A stretch of 47,644 nucleotides of DNA from Actinomycetota bacterium. GTDB taxonomy: Bacteria > Margulisbacteria > Marinamargulisbacteria > GCA-2716485. This document shows positions 10,521 through 18,325 of the stretch, piece by piece. The translations under genes were made by a program, and so were the position numbers. The stretch lies in assembly GCA_002716485.1 (NCBI GenBank), contig PBBE01000047.1:1-47644 (forward strand), given 5' to 3'. Below the pieces are notes generated by a model. It had not been told where the DNA came from. It did not search any database and saw only the letters and a program-made list of their open reading frames with translations. Position 1 is the first letter of the stretch. Each line of letters begins with the position of its first letter.

Positions 10521-11510
10521 TCATAGCATGCTGACATGAATTAAGCCGATATTTTGGGGTGAGTCATCTAGTTCTTTGATGTAAATGGGGGCCTGGCAAA
10601 TGGTATGTTTGAGTTCTTTTTTGAGTGTTTCTGCGACATTCTTTTGTTGGGAGTGTGAAATTAAGACACGGTTTACATAGTTGCCTTGGGCTTGAAATTG
10701 GGTGTTAATAATTAGTAGTAATTCGGTTAGTGTGGTTTGAAAGTCGTCAATAATATGGTGGATAGATAAGTGTGGGTTTTTGGCATGAGCGCTATAAATA
10801 ATGTAGTGCTTTTCTAGCTTTTCGGTAATGGCTTCATCGAATGCCGATTGGCGTTTATGCTGAAGGACATAGGATTGATTTTGTTGGATGCCAGCTTGAA
10901 AGATGAGGGGGAGGTGTTTATTGAGTAGTAATTTAAACTCTGATTCTGTTCCATTTTCAAATAAGTATTCAGCTAGAATTTCAATAAGGAGTCCGGTTCC
11001 ACTATAAAATGATCCAGTATTAATGATATGTAGCTTAGATTTAAACTCGGGTGTTTTGGATAATTCTTTTAGTTCATTAAAGTGTGGTGAGTAATGTGGG
11101 GCAGGTAAAATGGCGTAGATCAGATCGACAGTATTGAGTAGTTGGGAAATGCGCTTTTTGATTTGAGTGGGGGTTTCGGGGTTTTTGAGTTGGTGAATTG
11201 GGAAGCGTTTAGGATGAAAAAATGAGAAGAGCACATCTGCTTCGGTTAAGATAGCAATGGTTTTTTCTTGGGGGTCTCTTTTAATGAGTAAGCGTTTGAT
11301 TTCATCTAAATTTAGTTTTTCTGAGGTTTGGTAATGACGAATTTTTTTGATGGTTTCAATATCATTGTCATCAAATAGTCGAACAGACCCTTCGCTTCGT
11401 TTGAGGTGGGGTAATAGTCCAAGTTGGTCATAGTAACGAATGGTTCGTTGGGTAATTCCTAATACTTTAGATAAGTGCCCGATTCGATATAATCCTTTTT
11501 CTTTGATCAT
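10521..11510 (-). CDS. MerR-family HTH regulator with a divergent DegV-like C-terminal region
   Basis: YRIGHLSKVLGITQRTIRYYDQLGLL is a MerR HTH. The C-terminal region has DegV-like segments (TIAILTEAD, LHIINTGSFYSGTGLLI, VLISHS). GGGAG RBS precedes MIKEKG. Confidence 0.8.
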   Translation of the reverse strand: MIKEKGLYRIGHLSKVLGITQRTIRYYDQLGLLPHLKRSEGSVRLFDDNDIETIKKIRHYQTSEKLNLDEIKRLLIKRDPQEKTIAILTEADVLFSFFHPKRFPIHQLKNPETPTQIKKRISQLLNTVDLIYAILPAPHYSPHFNELKELSKTPEFKSKLHIINTGSFYSGTGLLIEILAEYLFENGTESEFKLLLNKHLPLIFQAGIQQNQSYVLQHKRQSAFDEAITEKLEKHYIIYSAHAKNPHLSIHHIIDDFQTTLTELLLIINTQFQAQGNYVNRVLISHSQQKNVAETLKKELKHTICQAPIYIKELDDSPQNIGLIHVSML

Positions 11511-11590
11511 CATATACTCCCAATGAGTCAACGCGTTAGTTCAATATGACTCACTATTATGATATATCATAGTGGGTTTGTTGGAAATAT

Positions 11591-12763
11591 TCAAAGGTCA
11601 ATATAAATTTCGTTAAGGCTAGTATTCCCATAGGTGGCTTTTGCACTAATATGGAGTTGATGGGCATGTTTGTCTTGGGTATCAATTAAAATAAAGTGGG
11701 GGCCGGCTGGGAGTACTTCTTTAGAAATAATGGTTGAAATCAGGTTTTTTTGTTCATCTAATAGATTAATATTGATTTTTGAGGGCATACTTAAGTTAAA
11801 TTGAAGTTCATTTTGTGGGCGATCAGAGAGACTATTTTGGCGGTGGATACGAGCATGATTAATTTGCGTTTTTAAAGAAAAGTAGGCGCCTTTATGATGC
11901 TGATATAGGCCTAGAAGCCCAAATGAGGGGAGTAATATCATTTTTTTTACAGCAGTTAGATTGAATGAGTTTAGAGGGATTTCTTCTATGAGACTAAAGT
12001 GTTGGCTTCGAATGTCTAGTTGTTGTTTGGATGGGGAAAGTAAGTAGATTCCATGGTGGTAATTGTCTTGGATTTGGGTGTAGGGGATGGGTAGGGGATA
12101 GGATCTGATGGGGATTGAAAATTCATTGAGGTGATGAAAATGAGACTTGGTTAAGACGTATAGTTCATTATTTTCTAGGACGTTAAAGTCGATAATATTG
12201 GGAGACTTTCCTAAATAAAGACTGGTTTTTTGGGGCGGGTGTTGGGGAGCGCTGAGCTTGTATTTATATAAGTCAGGGCCATTGATAATATATAAGTGTT
12301 GATTATTAATTTCGCAAAGAGTTGGGTTTGGTAGGTGTTGACTGAATTGAAACTCAAGGCGATTTAAAAAAGGGCTGGCCTGAAAAATATGGATGATGCC
12401 AGTATCGATAATGGCGACTTGCCCCTGGGTTGATACGCATATTGTTACGGGGTTGTTCAGGGGGTGCTTAATGGGGGCGATTTTTGGTTTAGATAATGGG
12501 GACAGGTAGATAATAAAGGCTTGCTTTGATGTTTGATCGATGCCGGCGGTAAAGGGGATATGCTTTGGCCAAAAGAAAGGTCGTTTTTCTGCCACAATAT
12601 GTTGGGCGGATAAATGATGGATGGCTTGGATATGGTGGGGGAAAAAGTGGGAGTAGAAATCGTGGGCGCTAAATTCAGATTCCAATTCAATGGAGGCTGC
12701 CCATAGTGGTAGACATACAAAGAGCCAGATTAAGTAAATACTATATCTGACGCTTTGTATCAT
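11591..12763 (-). CDS. Secreted beta-propeller-like protein with a C-terminal FlgD-Ig/T9SS-CTD-like domain
   Basis: Signal peptide, propeller-like repeats (NNPVTICVSTQGQVAIIDT), C-terminus LQFNLSMPSKININLLDEQKNLISTI...LPAGPH. Confidence 0.55.
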   Translation of the reverse strand: MIQSVRYSIYLIWLFVCLPLWAASIELESEFSAHDFYSHFFPHHIQAIHHLSAQHIVAEKRPFFWPKHIPFTAGIDQTSKQAFIIYLSPLSKPKIAPIKHPLNNPVTICVSTQGQVAIIDTGIIHIFQASPFLNRLEFQFSQHLPNPTLCEINNQHLYIINGPDLYKYKLSAPQHPPQKTSLYLGKSPNIIDFNVLENNELYVLTKSHFHHLNEFSIPIRSYPLPIPYTQIQDNYHHGIYLLSPSKQQLDIRSQHFSLIEEIPLNSFNLTAVKKMILLPSFGLLGLYQHHKGAYFSLKTQINHARIHRQNSLSDRPQNELQFNLSMPSKININLLDEQKNLISTIISKEVLPAGPHFILIDTQDKHAHQLHISAKATYGNTSLNEIYIDL

Positions 12764-12781
12764 TGTTGGTTTATATACTAT

Positions 12782-13105
12782 TTAGATGTGTTTCTGTAGT
12801 TCTTCTTCAAAAGCACTTTCAGATTTGAATCCAACGATTCGAGTAACTTCTTCGCCATTTTTAAATAAGATGCAGCAAGGGATACTTGTGATTTGATAGT
12901 TTTGTGCGATATTGGCATTTTTGTCAGTATCTAGTTTGCAGACCTTGAGTTGACCTTGGAATTTATTACTCATGGCTTCGATGACAGGTGCAAGCATTCG
13001 GCAAGGGCCACACCATTCTGCCCAAAAGTCCACAAGAACGGGTGTTCCAGATTCGTTTTTGACTAGTTCATCGAAGTTGCTTTCAGAAATTTCAGTGACG
13101 CTCAT
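12782..13105 (-). CDS. trxA: Thioredoxin
   Basis: VLVDFWAEWCGPC active site; 107 aa. Confidence 0.97.
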   Translation of the reverse strand: MSVTEISESNFDELVKNESGTPVLVDFWAEWCGPCRMLAPVIEAMSNKFQGQLKVCKLDTDKNANIAQNYQITSIPCCILFKNGEEVTRIVGFKSESAFEEELQKHI

Positions 13106-13212
13106 AGTAGTTCCTCCATTATTAGGGTGTTGATTTAACCCCTTTGTTTCATGTAGATGATTAGTTTTATTTTAATGGGCCTAGACTACTGTGTCTAGTG
13201 TTAAAATATGTT

Positions 13213-14385
13213 TTAGTGCGTGTTAGGGAGATGCCAGCTTGGACTTAGGTGGGGATCTAGTAAGCTGATATATTCTTGTTGGACATAAGTGTCGGTCATT
13301 CCAGAGATATAATCAGCAATGAGTCTCATTTGTTTTTTAGGTTGGGTATTAATTTGGTGTTGGATCGATAATGGTAGGGTTTTGGTATCCTCATTAAATA
13401 AATGAAATAGATGTTGGATCAATTGTTGACCTTTTTTATTCATTCGGTAGATATGTGGATGTAAATAGAAGTGTTTGTAAAGATATTTTCGAAGTTTTTG
13501 GTTCTTTTTTTTCATATTGCTAGAAAACTCAATGATATTATTATTAACCGTTTGGATATCTTGAATAGAGTGGAGTTGGTGTTGTTTAATGCTCGCTTTT
13601 GATTGCTCACATACATCCATTACTTGGGCGGAAATAATATGGCTGTTAATGAGGTGTTGTTGTTCGTGGGTGGCAAGGTCTTGGTAGTCTTTTTGGATGC
13701 ATGCTTTGGCATCGTGCCATAATTCAATTTCATTATCGAGGTGGGACTCATTAAGGATTTGTGCATTTAAGCCATCGTCAAGATCACGGTTGTTATAAGC
13801 AATTTCATCGGCGATATTGACGACTTGGGCTTCTAGGGTGGTTATGCTATTGGAGGTGATTTCAGGAGGACTGTCCCAGGCCGTTTTATGTTTCATGAGT
13901 CCAAATAATGTTTCTTGAGATAGGTTAAGGCCAGGAAAATGGGGGTATTTCTTTTCTAATTTGGTTACAATTCGTAGTGACTGAATGTTATGTTCGTAGC
14001 CGCCATTGTCTGCCATTAGGGTATTCAGAATGGTTTCACCAGAGTGACCAAAAGGAGGGTGCCCTAGGTCATGGGATAGGGCGATGGCTTCACAAAGATC
14101 TTCGTTGAGCCCTAATAGTCGGGCAATGTGACGGGAGATTTGTGCGACCTCTAGGGAATGGGTGAGTCGGGATCGATAATGATCATTTTCGGTGGATAGA
14201 AAGACTTGGGTTTTGTGTTTGAGACGACGAAATGCTTTTGAATGAATAATTCGGTCACGGTCTCTTTGAAAACAAGTTCGTGTTGGCGATGCTGTATCTT
14301 TAAAGTATCGCCCTAAAGAGGATTTACTTTTCACCGCATATGGCTTAAGTAGTGTGTCTTCAATTGATTCGAAATATTCCCGCAT
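13213..14385 (-). CDS. dgt: Deoxyguanosinetriphosphate triphosphohydrolase (HD domain)
   Basis: FQRDRDRIIHSKAFRRLKHKTQVF, RSRLTHSLEV, HDLGHPPFGHSGE and DYISGMTD motifs. Confidence 0.95.
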   Translation of the reverse strand: MREYFESIEDTLLKPYAVKSKSSLGRYFKDTASPTRTCFQRDRDRIIHSKAFRRLKHKTQVFLSTENDHYRSRLTHSLEVAQISRHIARLLGLNEDLCEAIALSHDLGHPPFGHSGETILNTLMADNGGYEHNIQSLRIVTKLEKKYPHFPGLNLSQETLFGLMKHKTAWDSPPEITSNSITTLEAQVVNIADEIAYNNRDLDDGLNAQILNESHLDNEIELWHDAKACIQKDYQDLATHEQQHLINSHIISAQVMDVCEQSKASIKQHQLHSIQDIQTVNNNIIEFSSNMKKKNQKLRKYLYKHFYLHPHIYRMNKKGQQLIQHLFHLFNEDTKTLPLSIQHQINTQPKKQMRLIADYISGMTDTYVQQEYISLLDPHLSPSWHLPNTH

Positions 14386-14397
14386 TGCGGATCCCCT

Positions 14398-15207
14398 TTA
14401 GTTCAAATCGTATCGTAAAAATTGTTCAATGCTTGTGTTGGCAGGCAATACTTGCTTGATTTGTTTTTTATCGTCTTTAACAAAGGCTTGTTCCAAAAGA
14501 CAAGATTCTTTGTAAAATTTATTGATTCTTCCTTGTACAATTTTATCTAAGATTTGTTCCGGTTTCCCTTCATTTAGGGCCTGGGTTTTAATAATTTCTT
14601 TTTCGTTGTCCAGAATGGTGTTAGGGACTTCACTGGGGTCTAAGTAAGATGGGTTGCTAGCAGCGATGTGCATGGCAATATCTTTACTTGTTTCTTGGTC
14701 AATATCATTATTAAATTTTACTACTACGCCAATTTTTCCGTTCATATGAATATAGCTAGTAACGTGGGGGGTGTCTGTAATTACTTTGGTATTATTAACG
14801 GAGATATTTTCACCGAGCTTTAATACATATGAGGCCAAATAGTCTTTTAGTGGTTGGTTGTCGATACTAAGAGAGTTGATGGCGTCCTCAGAATCAATAT
14901 TGTGTTCAATAGCCGCTTTGGCAATGCGCTCTCCAAGTTGGATAAAAGCATCATTGTTGGCTACAAAATCGGTTTCACAGTTTAGTTCAAAGATAATGCT
15001 TCTTTGGGTTGATGTTTCAATAAAAATTCGACCTTGGTTGGCGGACCGGTCTGCTTTTTTATTGGCTTTGGCGAGTCCTCTTTCTCTAAGAATATTAATG
15101 GCTGAATCGATATCGCCATTGGATTCAGATAAGGCGCGTTTGCACTCCATTAATCCGACCCCTGTTTTTTCACGTAAGGATTTAACTTGTGATGCGGTGA
15201 TTTCCAT
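14398..15207 (-). CDS. tsf: Elongation factor Ts
   Basis: VKSLREKTGVGLMECKRAL, ELNCETDFVA and IAMHIAA motifs; directly downstream of rpsB. Confidence 0.98.
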   Translation of the reverse strand: MEITASQVKSLREKTGVGLMECKRALSESNGDIDSAINILRERGLAKANKKADRSANQGRIFIETSTQRSIIFELNCETDFVANNDAFIQLGERIAKAAIEHNIDSEDAINSLSIDNQPLKDYLASYVLKLGENISVNNTKVITDTPHVTSYIHMNGKIGVVVKFNNDIDQETSKDIAMHIAASNPSYLDPSEVPNTILDNEKEIIKTQALNEGKPEQILDKIVQGRINKFYKESCLLEQAFVKDDKKQIKQVLPANTSIEQFLRYDLN

Positions 15208-16280
15208 TATGACTTGTCTCCCTTTTCACTAGATTTTGATTCTGAGGTAGCTGCTTTTTTTACAGATGCTTCTTTTTTAGGTGCCTTTTCCTCTTTATTA
15301 GTGCTGGCTTTATCGGGTGCTATATTGGCGGTGGTTTCTTTTTCTTTGCTGGGGGCTGGTGTTGCTTTTTTGCTAGTGCTGGGGGTGTCATTTGTTTTTT
15401 TGTCAGGGCTAGTTTTAGAACCGTCTTTTTTGGTCTCGGCAGCGCTTGTTTTTTCGCTATCTTTTTTTTCAGTATCTTGGTTTTGTTGGTGAACAATTGG
15501 GTTTTCTTGTCCATTGGTGACGGCCTTTCTCATGACAGAGCATAATAACCGAATCGCTCTAATGGCGTCATCATTTGCCGGGATTGGGTAGGTGATGTTT
15601 TCTGGGTTGACATTAGTGTCGACTAAAGCAATTACAGGGATATTAAGTCGCTGAGCTTCTTTAAGAGCCAGGTGCTCTTTTTTGATATCTACAATAAATA
15701 CAGCAGAAGGGAGGCTACCCATGTGTTTGATTCCGTTGAGATAGTAGCTTAATCGCTCATATTTTTTAAGAATTTTAGCGGACTCTTTTTTACCCAAGGT
15801 TTCAAAGATGCCATCGTCTTTCATTTTTTCATATTTTTTTAGTTTTTGGACACTTTTTACTAAGGTTTGGTTATTGGTGAGTGTGCCACCTAACCAGCGA
15901 TGGTTAACATAGGGCATGCTGCATTTGGTTGCTTCGTCTTCAATGGCTTCTAAGGCTTGTTTTTTGGTTCCTACAAACATAATAGAGCCATTGTTTCGGC
16001 ATACATTATAAACAAAATAATAGGCGTTTTTGAGTAATTTGAGTGTTTGTTGAAGATCAATAACGTGAATGCCATTTCGAGAGGTGAAAATATAAGGTTT
16101 CATTTTGGGATTCCATCGTTTGGTCTGATGTCCAAAATGAACGCCACATTCAAGTAGGTCTCTCATGCTGACAATGCTATCAAATTGGGATCCTTTTTTA
16201 GGGGCAGTCTCGTTACTTGTCGTTGTGGTTTCACCTTTGTTAGTTTCTAACGTATTGGTTGTTTCTTTGGTTGTTGTCAT
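15207..16280 (-). CDS. rpsB: 30S ribosomal protein S2 with N- and C-terminal extensions
   Basis: LLECGVHFGHQTKRWNPKM, FVGTKKQA, RWLGGTLTN and IPANDDAIRAI motifs. Confidence 0.98.
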   Translation of the reverse strand: MTTTKETTNTLETNKGETTTTSNETAPKKGSQFDSIVSMRDLLECGVHFGHQTKRWNPKMKPYIFTSRNGIHVIDLQQTLKLLKNAYYFVYNVCRNNGSIMFVGTKKQALEAIEDEATKCSMPYVNHRWLGGTLTNNQTLVKSVQKLKKYEKMKDDGIFETLGKKESAKILKKYERLSYYLNGIKHMGSLPSAVFIVDIKKEHLALKEAQRLNIPVIALVDTNVNPENITYPIPANDDAIRAIRLLCSVMRKAVTNGQENPIVHQQNQDTEKKDSEKTSAAETKKDGSKTSPDKKTNDTPSTSKKATPAPSKEKETTANIAPDKASTNKEEKAPKKEASVKKAATSESKSSEKGDKS

Positions 16281-16350
16281 AATTCATTCTCAACTTTGTT
16301 TATTCTTGTGATTTATAACTTTTATTTACTACTTAACACAAGTAAGACAG

Positions 16351-16380
16351 ATTTTACTCTTATACTTACTTTATCGTCAA
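16351..16380 (-). promoter_or_regulatory. Putative sigma70 promoter of rpsB-tsf
   Basis: TTGACG-18 nt-TAAAAT on the minus strand, about 70 nt upstream of the start codon. Confidence 0.6.
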
Positions 16381-16542
16381 GGGTCGATGAGCCTAATGGT
16401 GTTGGTGTGCATTTGTAAAGGTCTAATTTTTAACTAGAGTGTTTTGAAGCAGCTATGTTACTATAAATATTTAGTGTTACGGTTTTGTTAACAATATATT
16501 GGGCATTTATAAGGTATAAGAGCTATAGTATGAAGGGGTTAT

Positions 16543-17790
16543 TTGATGGATAAGCCATTGGTATTGCTAATACATGGGGTAGACTCAGATTGTCAGGAGT
16601 TTGATCGGTATTTAACGTCTTATCAGCTGATGTCAGCAACGTCTTATCAAGAGGGTCGTCGGTTATTTGAGCAACATTTTTTTAATATTAGGGTAGTGGT
16701 TATTGATTTAGGGGTTGAGGATGGGCAAGGGGCTTCTATGGTTGAGGATTTACGTGCCATTAGTAGCCTTCCTGAAGTGATTGTTTGTTCGGAACAAAAA
16801 GATGTGAATGTGGCGGTTCATTGTATGAAGGTTGGGGCCTTTGATTATTTAGTCAGCCCATTTAGTTCAGAAATGATTCAACAGTCGGTGTTTTCAGCCT
16901 TGGACAATATGGACTATTTAAAGAAAATCCAAGAGTTTTCTCATTCTCAATTACTCTCCCAGGTTTCATTAGAAAAGCGGCTTCGTGAGTCGACCCAGCT
17001 ACGGGGTCAAAAGCTCAAAGACGATGCCTCTTTAGATGTGGCGGATTTATTGGATTTTTTTCCACATCCTGATTCAAGGGACCCCAAATTTGATGCCCAT
17101 CTTCAAGGGCTGGTGAAGCAGCGTTTAAAAGAAGAGCATGAAAAAAACGGAAAAGCCAAGATTTTATTGGTAGAAGATGAGCATGTGTATCGTGCCATGA
17201 TGAAGACGATGTTGACGGACCTTTATGATGTTTATGAAGCCGATACTCTGGATGGGGCGGTGGAGCAGTTGTCTTCGTCAGTTCAGTTTGATGTGGTGCT
17301 ATTGGATATTTTTTTACCGGATGGTTTAGGGACGGACCTGTTGCCTAAAATTGACGATTATCAGTCTGATGTCGAGGTTATTATTGTTACCGCCTTTGAT
17401 TTAATTGATAAGGCTGTTCAGTCGATTCGTGGGGGTGCATCGGATTACTTGAATAAACCAGTATTAAAAGAAGATATATTGAAGCGGGTTAAGGGGGCCT
17501 TGGATCGAAAATATTTGCGACAGATATTGCCTCAGATTCGAGATGATTTTGTTGAGAATAGGTTGACATCGGATGAGAAGTGTGGGATTCTTGATCGCCT
17601 ATCCGAGAGTCGAAGAGAGTCTGGTAAGACGATTTTAATGAAAGATATCTATGATATTTTTCGTAATTTACGACAGACCTTTATTCCGGATAGTGTTGCT
17701 GTTCCTGATAGTGTTTTAAAAAATGGCTTAAAGGGATTTGTGGATTCTTTAGAGCAACGGTTTTCGACCCCAGAGCTCACTGATTTATAA
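16543..17790 (+). CDS. Response regulator with two receiver domains and no recognisable DNA-binding output
   Basis: REC1: VVVIDLGVEDGQG...GAFDYLVSPF. REC2: ILLVEDE, VLLDIFLPDGLG, IIVTA, DYLNKPV. Confidence 0.88.
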   Translation: MMDKPLVLLIHGVDSDCQEFDRYLTSYQLMSATSYQEGRRLFEQHFFNIRVVVIDLGVEDGQGASMVEDLRAISSLPEVIVCSEQKDVNVAVHCMKVGAFDYLVSPFSSEMIQQSVFSALDNMDYLKKIQEFSHSQLLSQVSLEKRLRESTQLRGQKLKDDASLDVADLLDFFPHPDSRDPKFDAHLQGLVKQRLKEEHEKNGKAKILLVEDEHVYRAMMKTMLTDLYDVYEADTLDGAVEQLSSSVQFDVVLLDIFLPDGLGTDLLPKIDDYQSDVEVIIVTAFDLIDKAVQSIRGGASDYLNKPVLKEDILKRVKGALDRKYLRQILPQIRDDFVENRLTSDEKCGILDRLSESRRESGKTILMKDIYDIFRNLRQTFIPDSVAVPDSVLKNGLKGFVDSLEQRFSTPELTDL

Positions 17791-17844
17791 CTTTAGTTGC
17801 AGGTGGATTAGAACTTTAGCCCTATTTATATTTTAAATAAAGTG

Positions 17845-17873
17845 TTGACAGATGAATGGATTTGGTGTAAATT
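17845..17873 (+). promoter_or_regulatory. Putative sigma70 promoter
   Basis: TTGACA-17 nt-TAAATT upstream of ORF 17942, which has a GGGAGG RBS. Confidence 0.65.
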
Positions 17874-17941
17874 TGTTTTTTGTTACGTTTATGTTTGTTT
17901 TATGTGTTTTATAACAAAATTGAAAGGGAGGTTTTTAATAT

Positions 17942-18265
17942 ATGAACGTATATGGTAAAGTGCTCCGGTCAAGTAGTAGTGACTCTAAAGTAGGTTATGG
18001 AGCAATGGAAAGCCTTCGAAGTGCAGCCGATGTTGCGACGAAGCTTGTTTCTGATGATTTAGATGAACTTGCTTCTGATGATAAAGATAAAAAAGAATCC
18101 CCTGGAGGTAGCCCCGTTGCGGATATTTTGAATCAAATGCAACTAGAGCAAAGCTCAGTGGAACTTCGATCATATGACGATCAGTTATTTGAATTGCGAA
18201 TGGAGGAGGCACAAAAGATTTTTAGATCGAGTGAGATTTGGTTTGGTTCGAGTCCGTCTGAATAA
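17942..18265 (+). CDS. Small acidic Ser-rich hypothetical protein (107 aa)
   Basis: ORF with a strong RBS and promoter; no known motif. Confidence 0.7.
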   Translation: MNVYGKVLRSSSSDSKVGYGAMESLRSAADVATKLVSDDLDELASDDKDKKESPGGSPVADILNQMQLEQSSVELRSYDDQLFELRMEEAQKIFRSSEIWFGSSPSE

Positions 18266-18325
18266 TTAATACTGCATAATTTGGTTTTATTTTTAAAGAT
18301 TATTTGAATGCAAGGGGATCTCTAA

